Positions 19,179-28,387 of a stretch of DNA of 46,482 nucleotides are shown in pieces (within the stretch, counting starts at the first letter, position 1; each line of letters opens with the position of its first letter). Under the pieces are notes generated by a model that had not been told where the DNA came from, ran no database searches, and saw nothing but the letters and a program-made list of their open reading frames with translations. This DNA comes from Candidatus Nomurabacteria bacterium. Its GTDB lineage: Bacteria > Patescibacteriota > Minisyncoccia > Phycocordibacterales > UBA9973. Position numbers and translations under genes: made by a program. Location: the NCBI GenBank assembly GCA_026395965.1, contig JAPLXS010000006.1:184683-231164 (forward strand), given 5' to 3'.

Positions 19179-21824
19179 TTATTCACAAGTAACCCCTTTA
19201 GGAGGAGCTATAATATTTTTTGTAGAACCAGTATTATCAATACAGAAGAATGACTGATACCCACCAACTGGAATACTTGCAGAATCATAATTATCAGAAA
19301 TTGGAATTGTAAATGACCATGCACTTGGGGTAGAGTAACAGAAACCATAATTATTTGTTATTTTTAAAACTTTATTTAACAGCTCAGAAATAGAACTAAC
19401 TGCTGTAGATGAACCTTTTGTATGACCTATTGGTGAAAATAGTGATCCAGAAACTGGGCTCATACAACTACCAATCATATTTGGTTTTTTACCGTAAACT
19501 CCTTCTGCATTATGCAAACTTGTAGCCAATTGTTTCATAGTAGATACATCATTTTTTATTTTAGTTTCATTTATTGATTTAACAAAGTCAGCAAATGGAG
19601 TTGATATTTCTGGAGTAGAAATATCATTAATTTTATTAAAATCATAATATGTTGTTTTCCATGCAAACTTTACTTGATTATCACCAATACTTTTATCTTC
19701 GAAAGATAAAATTTTTGATAGAGGAATATTTAAAACTACACTTGTTTGATAAATATTATTGTCCCCTTTCCCTACCCATACATCAAAAGACTCCACTGTG
19801 GTTGATCCAAGTATTTGATTTAATTTATCTTTATCTTCTACAGAAAGATTTAAAGTAAAATCATCGGCAATCTTATTTAGAAGCTTTTTTATCAATGGTC
19901 TTTCTGTGTTTATAGTATAGTGATATGTATCAACTCCCTTTATAACCTCTTGCCCCTTTTCTGTTATTTTTACATTGTTTATAAATTCGTCATACACGCT
20001 CATTGTTTTAGTGTCTATATATGAAGACATTCCATTTGATAAAATCTTATAAAGATTTATCTTTTTTAGTGATGCTTCCACGTCAGCTGAAAACAAAGAC
20101 GGTACCGAACTAAAATCTTTTTCATTTATTTTAATAGTTTGAGGTTCTCCGTCACTTTCTTTTATTATTTGACCTAAATCAGAAATAGTAATAAATAAAT
20201 CGGAGTTGTTATTGTTTACACCCGTAGTGATTTCTTTGCTCAATAAAGAACTTTTTACAGTTATATAATTACTAGAAAATACGCCTTTATTGTTTTGATT
20301 GATTGAGCCAAGTGTCTTTATTGAAAATGAATCTTTATCGGTTGAAGGAATAGCTTCTCCACTTATCAGGCCTGAGGAAATATTTGCAAACGACGGAGAT
20401 GATATCTCAATATTTGTTTCTGTTTTATATGATTTTAAAGATGCTAAAACTTTAGAATTATTTAATAATAAAACCTTTGGGTCTTTTTTAATAAAAGGAA
20501 TATTATTTATATTTATAAAACCACCAATGAAAGCCCATGCAATACCAGATAATATCAAAATGGACAATAACAACCATAAAATTGTTTTAAAATTTTTCTT
20601 TTTTACAACTCCATTTAATTCTTTATTTGCAGATGAAAAATCACTCTCATAAGAAGATAGCATAGCGGTCTTTGGAAGGTTATCAAATAAAAAGTTTTTT
20701 GAAGTTTCGCTAGGTACAGTAGGTGTTTCAGATTTGGGTAAATCAACACTATTTGTGGAATAAAATGGGTTTGTTGGAATTCTTGGTGCTTGATTTAAAA
20801 TAATATCGTCCCCTTCTGGTATATTCTTGGGTACATCTTGTTCTATATTTTCTTTTGGAATTTCAGTAGCTGGGTTTTGAATAATAGTATTTTCTTTTTC
20901 TCCTATAGATAATTCAGGATTTTGAACTATTACTTGGTTTAATGTTTTTTCTTCTTTAGGAGCAGTATCTTCGGATTGCATTTTTTCGATCACAGGAACT
21001 CTTCTAGGTGTCCATATTTTATTGATCTCTTTAATTGGAGACTCTATTTTAGATATCTCTGGTGCAGCAATTTCTTGTTTATATGTATCTACGGGAAATT
21101 CTTCTGGTGAAGTCTCTGGTATTATCTTAGAATTATCTGTAAGAGTATTTACAGCTTTCGCAATTTCACTCTCAGGTAATTTTGCAACAGATGGATCTGT
21201 TGCTGGTATTTCAAAATCGTAAGTTTCTACAACTTTTGGTATTTCAGCCTTAGAGTCTTCTGTTTTAGGGATATCAGCAATAGGAGTTTTAATATCTGGT
21301 ATTTCAATATCAAAAATTTCTTCTTTTGGTTTTTCAATTTTAGGAAGTTCAATATTCGTAATTTCTATTTTAGAAACATCAGCACTTGGAGTTATTGTTT
21401 TAAATGATTCAACCAATGGGGTCTCTATCTTAACAGCTTCTTCTATGGGTGTTTCCAATTTAGGGATTTCAAAAACAGCAGAATCTACTTTTGGTATTTC
21501 TACTAAAGGATTTACTATATTGTGTTTTTCAACAGTATTTTCTTCTTTTTTTACATCAAAATCAATAATATCTCCATCCATTACTGGTTCACGATATTGA
21601 TCAAGAGTTTTGTTTGTATTTTTAATATCACTATTATTGGTGATATATTTTTTAGAATCAAATATGTAAAATTCTGGTTTTAATTCAAGGTGAACACTTG
21701 AAATACCTTCATCTATATCTTCTTTGTGCCATCCTGCTTTAGTAAGTTTAGATATAATTATATCATCTGATATATTATTTTTGATTTGTTTTCTTATGTA
21801 AGAAATTAATTCAGTAGTTATCAT
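19179..21824 (-). CDS. Large single-pass membrane protein with Pro/Glu-rich linker and extracellular domain ending in a Cys-containing pilin-like module
   Basis: Repeated EIPK/ETP motifs, TM at about aa 415-437, C-terminal FCIDNTG with several Cys. Confidence 0.6.
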   Translation of the reverse strand: MITTELISYIRKQIKNNISDDIIISKLTKAGWHKEDIDEGISSVHLELKPEFYIFDSKKYITNNSDIKNTNKTLDQYREPVMDGDIIDFDVKKEENTVEKHNIVNPLVEIPKVDSAVFEIPKLETPIEEAVKIETPLVESFKTITPSADVSKIEITNIELPKIEKPKEEIFDIEIPDIKTPIADIPKTEDSKAEIPKVVETYDFEIPATDPSVAKLPESEIAKAVNTLTDNSKIIPETSPEEFPVDTYKQEIAAPEISKIESPIKEINKIWTPRRVPVIEKMQSEDTAPKEEKTLNQVIVQNPELSIGEKENTIIQNPATEIPKENIEQDVPKNIPEGDDIILNQAPRIPTNPFYSTNSVDLPKSETPTVPSETSKNFLFDNLPKTAMLSSYESDFSSANKELNGVVKKKNFKTILWLLLSILILSGIAWAFIGGFININNIPFIKKDPKVLLLNNSKVLASLKSYKTETNIEISSPSFANISSGLISGEAIPSTDKDSFSIKTLGSINQNNKGVFSSNYITVKSSLLSKEITTGVNNNNSDLFITISDLGQIIKESDGEPQTIKINEKDFSSVPSLFSADVEASLKKINLYKILSNGMSSYIDTKTMSVYDEFINNVKITEKGQEVIKGVDTYHYTINTERPLIKKLLNKIADDFTLNLSVEDKDKLNQILGSTTVESFDVWVGKGDNNIYQTSVVLNIPLSKILSFEDKSIGDNQVKFAWKTTYYDFNKINDISTPEISTPFADFVKSINETKIKNDVSTMKQLATSLHNAEGVYGKKPNMIGSCMSPVSGSLFSPIGHTKGSSTAVSSISELLNKVLKITNNYGFCYSTPSAWSFTIPISDNYDSASIPVGGYQSFFCIDNTGSTKNIIAPPKGVTCE

Positions 21825-21930
21825 ACTTTTTTATTATATCATTTTGATACATAAGCTCAAGGTATAAAAGTTGAAAATAGAAATATTATTGTGATTACGT
21901 TTCTTGAACCCGATTAAAACTTTTTAAAAA

Positions 21931-22196
21931 AGAGGACCGCGAGCACATTTCTTGGTTCTTACAGAACCTTTATAGGCTTCATATATTTTATAATTATTAA
22001 AAATAAATTATAAGAGGACCACGAGTACATATCTTGACCCCTACTGGGTCTGTACACCTTTCGTATCGTGCTTTCTTCATTACGTGCGATACACTCAAGG
22101 TTTTCAAGTCCTCTCTCGCAAAGCGCACATATGCTTTGCCCGCGCGCACAAATATATAAAATCCCAAAGTTTTAACTTCGGGATTTTATATATTTG
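21931..22196 (-). repeat. tRNA-matched structured 3' element (Leu copy, duplicated distal module)
   Basis: TGCGCGCG[hairpin]AGAGGACTTGAA, AACCTT..AAGGTGTACAGA..GGTCAAG[ATATGTACTCGTGG]TCCTCT; second CAAG[AAATGTGCTCGCGG]TCCTCT at 21931-21954. Confidence 0.85.
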
Positions 22197-22279
22197 TGCG
22201 CAGGAGAGGATTTGAACCTCCACGCCCTTGCGAGCACTGCCACCTCAAGGCAGCTTGGCTACCGTTACAACACCTGCGC
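22197..22279 (-). tRNA. tRNA-Leu(GAG)
   Basis: GCGCAGG acceptor, CTGCC-TTGAGGT-GGCAG anticodon arm, long variable arm, GGTTCAAATCC; CCA not encoded. Confidence 0.95.
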
Positions 22280-22333
22280 TTTTTTAAAATACTGCTTGAG
22301 TATAATTTATTTTTTATATTTTTTCAATAATCA

Positions 22334-22376
22334 AATAAAATACCCCTATGAGTATAACTCATAGGGGTATTTTATT
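22334..22376 (-). terminator. Intrinsic terminator after rplS
   Basis: AAAATACCCCTATGAGT-ATA-ACTCATAGGGGTATTTT inverted repeat. Confidence 0.75.
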
Positions 22377-22377
22377 T

Positions 22378-22791
22378 TTATTCTTCTGATTTAGTTTCTT
22401 CTACTACAACTTCTTTAGGTGCTTTTTTGGCAGATAGAGTTATACTCTTTAGTCTCTTCTTAACTTCCTTAACTGCTTTTGTTCTTATGAAATATAATTT
22501 ACTTCTGCGTGTCTTTGCTTTTCTTATAACTTCTATTTTATCAATATTGGGAGAATATAATGGGAAAACACGCTCTACTCCAACACTTGATGCAACTTTT
22601 CTAACTGTAAATGTTGCTCCAGATTCTGCTCCATGCTTTCGACAAAGAACTAAACCTTCAAATGCCTGTAAACGAGTTTTTCCTTTTTCTAAAATTTTAC
22701 TCCAGACACGAACAGTATCACCAGCTTTAAAATCAAGCTTTTTACGGTCTTCCTGTGAAACTGGGGTAAATTGTTTTTTCGTTATTTCCAT
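22378..22791 (-). CDS. rplS: 50S ribosomal protein L19
   Basis: [42 protein letters not shown]; start moved to MEITKK. Confidence 0.96.
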   Translation of the reverse strand: MEITKKQFTPVSQEDRKKLDFKAGDTVRVWSKILEKGKTRLQAFEGLVLCRKHGAESGATFTVRKVASSVGVERVFPLYSPNIDKIEVIRKAKTRRSKLYFIRTKAVKEVKKRLKSITLSAKKAPKEVVVEETKSEE

Positions 22792-22832
22792 GGGGTTTAC
22801 TTTATCATAAATAGTCATTTTAAGCAAGAATC

Positions 22833-23630
22833 CTATTTATTATCTATATATGTCTTTATAACCTTTTTAAAATCAGCTGGTAATGGGGATTCTATTGTTT
22901 TTAACTCTCCACTTGGTAAATGGAAAGTTACTGAGTGTGCATGTAGTGCCAACCTCTTCATTCCTAGAGATAAATCCTTGGCTCCACGATATATAGGGTC
23001 GGAAACTACTGGGTGGTTTATATATCTCATATGTACTCGTATCTGATGAGTGCGACCTGTCTTAGGGTAAGCCTCTACATAAGAAAACTGGTGTTCTACA
23101 TTTTTCTTTTCTTCGGTATTTTTTGTATCTGTAAATTTATTTAAAATAATATATTCAGTAACTGCATCTCTGAGTGGTTCACGAGCACCACGACCAGCAG
23201 TAAAAGCGCGAATATCTTTTTGAGAACGACCAATCGCGACATTTATAACTCCTCTTTTACCAGTAGCAAGAGAAGCTTTAGGGTCTGAAACAAAGCCATA
23301 AACAAAGGCTCTGTAAATCTTTTTAATTTTATGACTCTGGAATTGTTCTTTCAAGAATAAAAATGTTTTTTGATTTTTAGCTATAATTAAAACTCCAGAT
23401 GTTTCTTTGTCTAAACGATGAACTATACCTGGTCTTAATATTTTTTCCTTTTTACCACCTTCCCTTTCTATCAAAAAAGGTTCTCCTACGTTTTTAAGAG
23501 TTGGGTAATTTAAAAGAATCCAGTCAGAAACTGTTTTGGTTTTTACTTTTCCGTCTGAGTGAACCATAACCCCTGCTGGCTTGTCTATGACTAAAAGATT
23601 TTTGTCTTCAAATAGAATTTTTATACTCAT
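22833..23630 (-). CDS. RluA/RluD-family RNA pseudouridine synthase
   Basis: [31 protein letters not shown]; alternative start 23636. Confidence 0.92.
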   Translation of the reverse strand: MSIKILFEDKNLLVIDKPAGVMVHSDGKVKTKTVSDWILLNYPTLKNVGEPFLIEREGGKKEKILRPGIVHRLDKETSGVLIIAKNQKTFLFLKEQFQSHKIKKIYRAFVYGFVSDPKASLATGKRGVINVAIGRSQKDIRAFTAGRGAREPLRDAVTEYIILNKFTDTKNTEEKKNVEHQFSYVEAYPKTGRTHQIRVHMRYINHPVVSDPIYRGAKDLSLGMKRLALHAHSVTFHLPSGELKTIESPLPADFKKVIKTYIDNK

Positions 23631-23697
23631 AAACATATCTTAGCATATAGTTGAAATATTATATATATATGCTATTATTCAATTATCCAAAAGATTT

Positions 23698-23770
23698 GCG
23701 CGATTAGCTCAGTTGGTAGAGCAACTCATTTACACTGAGAAGGTCGGGGGTTCAAGTCCCTCATCGCGCA
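23698..23770 (+). tRNA. tRNA-Val(TAC)
   Basis: GCGCGAT acceptor, AGCTCAGTTGGTAGAGC D arm, loop TTTACAC, GGTTCAAGTCC. Confidence 0.96.
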
Positions 23771-23930
23771 CAAATGAAAACAACATGCCTCGGTATGTTG
23801 TTTTCATTTGTGCGCGATGATAAAGCATAATATGCTTTATGTGAGGGACTTGAAAAACCTTGAGTATATCGCACGGAGCGAAGCGAGTACGATACGAAAG
23901 GTGTACAGAACCTGTAAGGTTCAAGTTTCT
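23771..23930 (+). repeat. tRNA-matched structured 3' element (Val copy, distal module diverged)
   Basis: Hairpin, TGCGCGAT[24-nt hairpin]GAGGGACTTGAA, AACCTTGAG..CGAAAGGTGTACAGAACCTGTAAGGTTCAAGT. Confidence 0.85.
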
Positions 23931-24025
23931 CATTTTTCACTAGAAAATTATCCGTGACCAAGTCTCTTTAAATCGTATAACCTTTGAAAAAAAATACTAT
24001 TTTGCTATACTCTCAAAAGCATCTT

Positions 24026-24193
24026 GCCCTTGTATTGCGAGATATAAAAAACCGAACATACTGTATTTGAAAATAAAATATTTGCCCTTGTAGGGTAAGA
24101 TATAAACCGAACATACCGTATTTGAAAATGAAATATTTGCCCTTGTAGGGTAAGATATAAACCGAACATACCGTATTTGAAAATGAAATATTT
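24026..24193 (+). repeat. Three tandem 55-58-bp units, each starting with the tRNA-Arg 5' end
   Basis: GCCCTTGTA..GATATAA at 24026, 24084, 24139, then the true tRNA at 24194; units 2 and 3 identical. Confidence 0.92.
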
Positions 24194-24265
24194 GCCCTTG
24201 TAGTTAAATGGATATAACTGCGGACTTCTAAGCCGTTATTGCAGGTTCGATTCCTGCCGAGGGCA
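24194..24265 (+). tRNA. tRNA-Arg(TCT)
   Basis: GCCCTTG/CGAGGGC acceptor, D loop AATGGATA, loop CTTCTAA, GCAGGTTCGATTCCTGC. Confidence 0.94.
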
Positions 24266-24530
24266 CAAACAACAAAAAACCATTATTGAAATAATGGTTT
24301 TTTGTTGTTTGTGCCCTCGAGCAAGCCAACTGCTTGGCTTGCGTGCAGGCGATTAGTAAATCGAACCGGGAGGAAATCTAAAACCTTTTCCTTGTGAGTG
24401 TACTCATGAACGAAAAAGGTGTAATGAACCTGCGAATGAGTACATTCGCCTACTGGGTAAGGTTCGATAAGCGTACTCGCGTTCCTGCCGAAACCTCTAA
24501 GTGTCTTGCGTCCAGGCGGTTATAAAATCA
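24266..24530 (+). repeat. tRNA-matched structured 3' element (Arg copy)
   Basis: TGCCCTCG[AGCAAGCCAACTGCTTGGCTTGCGT]GCAGG..AATCGAACC, AAGGTGTA, GGTTCGAT[AAGCGTACTCGCGT]TCCTGCCGA. Confidence 0.88.
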
Positions 24531-24552
24531 AAAAAAACACTTCCTTAAAGCC

Positions 24553-25149
24553 TTACTTTTTAAACTTCATAACAATCATCTTAATAAAAATTGGAATAAA
24601 AGATAAAATAATTATTGAAACAGCAATTGGGATAATGTAAATTTCTGGATCATGTATTATCCCACCTAGAAAGTAACCCAATAGCAATAACCCAGATACC
24701 CAAATAATACCCCCAAATATATTGTAAGATACAAATGAACGGTATTTCATATTTCCAATACCAGCAACAATAGGAGCAAAAGTTCTTATCATTGGAACAA
24801 AACGTGCAATTATTATGGTTGATTTGCCATATTTTTCATAAAAAAGTTCAGCATCGTATAACCTTTTTTTCTTAAAAAAGAAACCAGCATCGCGGTCAAA
24901 CAACTGTCGTCCATACTTTTTACCAGACCAATAACCAACACTGTCTCCTATAATAGCTGCAAGAATACAACCAACCAAAAGTATTTGTATATTAAAAAAA
25001 CCTTGAGAGGCAAAAATTCCTGCAGTAAAAAGAAGAGAATCACCTGGAAGAAAAAATCCAAAAAATAATCCTGTTTCAGCAAAAACAATGAGCACAATCC
25101 CTATGATTCCTACTGCTTTGATAATTAAAATTGGATCAAATATTCCCAT
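24553..25149 (-). CDS. dedA: DedA/VTT-domain membrane protein
   Basis: FAETGL..GFFLPGDSLLF.AG, GD..GY..G, ARFVP..RTFAP..AG. Confidence 0.92.
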   Translation of the reverse strand: MGIFDPILIIKAVGIIGIVLIVFAETGLFFGFFLPGDSLLFTAGIFASQGFFNIQILLVGCILAAIIGDSVGYWSGKKYGRQLFDRDAGFFFKKKRLYDAELFYEKYGKSTIIIARFVPMIRTFAPIVAGIGNMKYRSFVSYNIFGGIIWVSGLLLLGYFLGGIIHDPEIYIIPIAVSIIILSFIPIFIKMIVMKFKK

Positions 25150-25170
25150 TATTTTTATATAAATAATAAT

Positions 25171-25524
25171 CTACCTAACTTTACTTCCTGTATTTACATC
25201 TACTTCTGGAACAAGAAAAACCGGGCTTCCATCCATTCCATCAATAGCCATAAGCATGCCATTACTTTCATATCCTTTTATTTTTCTTGGTTCTAAGTTT
25301 ATTATATATAAAACTTTTTTATTTATTAAAACACTTACATCTGGATAATATAAATGAATTCCTGAAATAATTTGTCTTAGTTTTTTATCTCCATTTTCAT
25401 CTACTTCTCCAAAATCCACTTGGCAACACAAAAGCTTTTCAGTATCTGCAATAGGTTCAACCTCTCTTATAGTTCCAACTCTTATATCCATTTTATTAAA
25501 TTCTTCGTAAGTTACATATTCCAT
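25171..25524 (-). CDS. tRNA-binding OB-fold protein (Trbp111/CsaA/MetRS C-terminal-like)
   Basis: F.KMDIRVG.I, KLL...VDFG, RQIISGI, NLEPRKIKG.ESNGML. Confidence 0.88.
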   Translation of the reverse strand: MEYVTYEEFNKMDIRVGTIREVEPIADTEKLLCCQVDFGEVDENGDKKLRQIISGIHLYYPDVSVLINKKVLYIINLEPRKIKGYESNGMLMAIDGMDGSPVFLVPEVDVNTGSKVR

Positions 25525-25537
25525 ATTTTTATTTTAT

Positions 25538-25957
25538 CTAATTATTAATTTTATCTAAATACCTTTGAAGAATGAGAGCGGCAGCAGAATCATCTATTTT
25601 CTCTTCTTTCTCTTTTTTATTTTTACGGGCATTATTTTCTTTTTTTCCTTCATTACCTCTTGCAAAAATAGATGTCATGAATTCTTTTTGAAAATAAATA
25701 GGTAAATCTAGCTCTCCTTCTAGATTTCTTTTAAATTCTTCAATGCTACCCATTATTTTATTTGGCTTTCCAGACACATCAGTAGATTCACCCAAAACAA
25801 TAGCAGAAACTTCTTCTTCTCCACAAATACTATGAACAGTATCTACAAGTTCAAGATTATTGGGGATTATTTTAAAAGGAAAAGCAATTTTCCCTTCTTC
25901 ATCAGAAAGTGATAATCCTACTTTTTTTGAACCGTAATCAATTCCTAAATAACGCAT
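25538..25957 (-). CDS. ruvX: YqgF/RuvX-family nuclease
   Basis: LGIDYGSKKVGLS.SD, E.MTS, D..AAALILQRYLD. Confidence 0.9.
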   Translation of the reverse strand: MRYLGIDYGSKKVGLSLSDEEGKIAFPFKIIPNNLELVDTVHSICGEEEVSAIVLGESTDVSGKPNKIMGSIEEFKRNLEGELDLPIYFQKEFMTSIFARGNEGKKENNARKNKKEKEEKIDDSAAALILQRYLDKINN

Positions 25958-26011
25958 AATTCAATATTATCATAATTGTAAGAAAAACATATTTCTGTTA
26001 TTATTTTAATT

Positions 26012-26239
26012 ATGAAAACATTATTTAGCAACAATGTATTGGTCATTATTTTTTCTTTACTTTGGGTACTTCCTTGGAAGGGTTATGCTCTTTGGACAGC
26101 TGCTAGAACAAGAAACAAGCCATGGTTTATAGCTCTTTTATTATTAAACACTTTTGCAATTCTAGATATATTTTATATATTTTATATTGCAAAGAAAACC
26201 AAAAAGGATATAAAAAAGATTATCGGTTCTATAATTTAA
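26012..26239 (+). CDS. DUF5652-family small membrane protein
   Basis: W.LPWKG.ALW.AAR...WFIALL.LNT..IL.I.Y. Confidence 0.75.
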   Translation: MKTLFSNNVLVIIFSLLWVLPWKGYALWTAARTRNKPWFIALLLLNTFAILDIFYIFYIAKKTKKDIKKIIGSII

Positions 26240-26245
26240 ATTAGT

Positions 26246-26279
26246 AAACAAAAATAGGCCATATGGCCTATTTTTGTTT
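26246..26279. terminator. Intrinsic terminator
   Basis: AAACAAAAATAGGCCATATGGCCTATTTTTGTTT palindrome. Confidence 0.7.
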
Positions 26280-26344
26280 TTGGCCAAAGACTTGAAAAAA
26301 AGGTTAAAATGAAGTAGTGTATATAGCGTAAGTAAAAAGAGAAA

Positions 26345-26472
26345 ATACGGAGGTGTGGCTATGATATATGAACTGCTTCATATATCATCTGATTCTGATT
26401 AATGTCAGAAATAGCTATTGTGAGTGAAAGCGAACAAGCTATAAGGAAGAGCCTGGGAAGGCTCGAAGACAC
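26345..26472 (+). repeat. Interrupted copy of the tRNA-Ser 5' end in its leader
   Basis: ATACGGAGGTGTGGCT (26345-26360) equals 26500-26515; followed by hairpin ATGATATATGAA-CTGC-TTCATATATCAT and further hairpins. Confidence 0.8.
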
Positions 26473-26503
26473 ATACGTAGTAATCGAAGGTTTAATAATA
26501 TAC

Positions 26504-26590
26504 GGAGGTGTGGCTGAGAGGTTGAAGGCACCTGTCTTGAAAACAGGAGACCGTTTACGCGGTCCGTGAGTTCGAATCTCACCGCCTCCG
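26504..26590 (+). tRNA. tRNA-Ser(TGA)
   Basis: GGAGGTG acceptor, CCTGT-CTTGAAA-ACAGG, long variable arm, GTTCGAATC, G discriminator. Confidence 0.96.
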
Positions 26591-26791
26591 CAAATAAGAA
26601 AAATCCCCAATTTTGATTGGGGATTTTTCTTATTTGCGGAGGCGAAGACGTAAACTGCTTCACGTCTGAGTGAGATTCTAACAGCGGAATCATATTTTTC
26701 TAGCAAGAAAAATAGATGAGCTGGTGCCCAGACAAAACTTTTTGGCGAAAAAGTTTTAGTCGTGGGCGAAAAGTGTACTCACGGTCTCACC
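26591..26791 (+). repeat. tRNA-matched structured 3' element (Ser copy)
   Basis: CGGAGGCG[AAGACGTAAACTGCTTCACGTCTGA]GTGAGATTC, then CGAA[AAGTGTACTCACGG]TCTCACC. Confidence 0.85.
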
Positions 26792-26806
26792 ATGCAAAAA
26801 GCTGTA

Positions 26807-27412
26807 TCAGCTTTTGAAAAATTCATGATTTGAAACACTTGCTGGTGTTTCAAGAATAACTTCTGGGATCATATCTGATAAATATTTAAGTAACTCTTTT
26901 ATAGAAAAAATATTTTCTTCACATCTTTTAGATAACATTTCTATTAAACTAAATCTTACTTTTTCATCTGTATCTATATAAGGTGATGACGTTGAGGCTA
27001 TTGCATCATAATAATATTGTGCACCAGAAAGCCAAATTTCAGAAAGCCAAACTGGCATTTTATCGTATTGGAATTTAGATAATCTTAAATCACCAGGCTT
27101 ATTTATTGTTGTACTAGATAATTCTTTTAGAATGTTTATGTCTTTTTTTAATAAATATTCCTTTAATTTTAAATTTTTATCCTCCAATTCTTTTTGCCAT
27201 TGCTCTAATTCAACTCTGACTTGTATAACCCATCCAACTTCAGGAAGTAGCGAAAGTTGGCGATTTATTTTATCTTGTTCAATACTCTTTTTAGTCTCAA
27301 GAAGAGCTCTTTTTGTTAAATTAGATTGATGTATAGTAAAACCTAGGGCAATTAGAGTTGCGACTGAAGTTATAATTGTAATTAAATCTAATATATTTAT
27401 AAATCTTTCCAT
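26807..27412 (-). CDS. Hypothetical protein with N-terminal TM and coiled coil
   Basis: 201-aa ORF, hydrophobic aa 8-27, preceded by TATAAT. Confidence 0.6.
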   Translation of the reverse strand: MERFINILDLITIITSVATLIALGFTIHQSNLTKRALLETKKSIEQDKINRQLSLLPEVGWVIQVRVELEQWQKELEDKNLKLKEYLLKKDINILKELSSTTINKPGDLRLSKFQYDKMPVWLSEIWLSGAQYYYDAIASTSSPYIDTDEKVRFSLIEMLSKRCEENIFSIKELLKYLSDMIPEVILETPASVSNHEFFKS

Positions 27413-27531
27413 AATAGTTTTATTATATGTTTATTTTAATAATTTAAAAATAAGTTTATTTATTTTTTGTACTTTTATTAAAATCAAAGTATAATAATAT
27501 ATATAACATAGTTAAAGGTCAGCTTATAACA

Positions 27532-27708
27532 ATGTGGTTTTTTGGTCTCATAGCTACTTTTATTTGTTTCGTTTTCCTTATGAATTCAGATGATTTATCT
27601 GGATGGGCTATTATTTTTATTCTAATACCCTGTTTACTTATTTTTTACACAATTGGATGGAAAGCGAACAGAAAGCAATCTGTAAATAATAAAAAAGAGA
27701 TTAATTAG
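27532..27708 (+). CDS. Small two-TM hypothetical protein (58 aa)
   Basis: MWFFGLIATFICFVFLMNSDDLSGWAIIFILIPCLLIFYTIGWKANRKQSVNNKKEIN; below ORF-track cut-off; followed by a terminator. Confidence 0.5.
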   Translation: MWFFGLIATFICFVFLMNSDDLSGWAIIFILIPCLLIFYTIGWKANRKQSVNNKKEIN

Positions 27709-27755
27709 TATTATAAAAAAAAGACCCCTTTGGGTCTTTTTTTTATAATACTAAT
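27704..27755. terminator. Bidirectional terminator hairpin
   Basis: TTAGTATTATA-A-run-GACCC-TTT-GGGTC-T-run-TATAATACTAA between convergent genes. Confidence 0.75.
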
Positions 27756-27798
27756 AAGTAAACAAACTGCGGTGCTTTCTTGTAAGATCCGAATTCCC

Positions 27799-28212
27799 CT
27801 ACTCTACATTAACCACAAAACTATACATACCCATTCCACATACTCCCCTTATTGGAACACCTGTCTTGGAAATACCTAAATCGATGATTTCTTCTCCTGT
27901 TTTTTGTAGAATTTTTTGATAACCAATCGAACTTATTCTAAGAGATGAAGAACAATCATATGTTCCGTTGGTTTTTACAACAAGCTTTGTTGGAATACCT
28001 GCCTTAGCAACTGATATTCTCGGTGAATAACCACCACCTGCTTTAATTGTAATATATTGTATTCCATCTTTTATCTCTGTGTTTTGAACTTGCTCTACTA
28101 TAGTATTTGAGTTGTTTGTATTATCGCCTTCATTTCTACCACCTAGGAAAATAATTCCTATCCCAACAATAAGTCCTAACGTAATAATAATTAAAGCTGT
28201 TTTATTTTTCAT
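27799..28212 (-). CDS. Cupredoxin-domain protein
   Basis: Signal anchor, GYSP....KAG.P, YDC, C-terminal CGMGMY; copper operon. Confidence 0.82.
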   Translation of the reverse strand: MKNKTALIIITLGLIVGIGIIFLGGRNEGDNTNNSNTIVEQVQNTEIKDGIQYITIKAGGGYSPRISVAKAGIPTKLVVKTNGTYDCSSSLRISSIGYQKILQKTGEEIIDLGISKTGVPIRGVCGMGMYSFVVNVE

Positions 28213-28240
28213 ATTTTTTTATGCAAAACAAATTATTTTA

Positions 28241-28357
28241 AATTAAGCACAAAATAGTCTTTGAGAAATACATTGCGGAGGCTGTCGAGCCGAGCATAAC
28301 AAAAATTCAGTAGAATTTTATGTGCGTATTTCGAGAAGAGCTATTTTGTGCTTAATT
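28241..28357. repeat. Inverted-repeat element with 17-bp perfect termini
   Basis: AATTAAGCACAAAATAG ... CTATTTTGTGCTTAATT with nested inner stems. Confidence 0.7.
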
Positions 28358-28387
28358 GATTAATAAATAATTTGTGAGACATTTTAA

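Noticed and set aside
23730-23961. Two short minus-strand ORFs (66-67 aa)
   Set aside because: Antisense to tRNA-Val and its structured element; the RDEGLEPPTFSV tail is a tRNA reverse-complement translation.
24026-24193. CRISPR array
   Set aside because: Whole units are near-identical with no unique spacers, they derive from the tRNA 5' end, and no cas genes are present.
26359-26706. 115-aa and 84-aa minus-strand ORFs
   Set aside because: They overlap tRNA-Ser antisense (GGEIRTHG pattern); spurious.
27756-27798. Further tRNA-element remnant (AAACTGC...GTAAGATCCGAATTCCC)
   Set aside because: Matches are too short, with no paired stem and no tRNA upstream.
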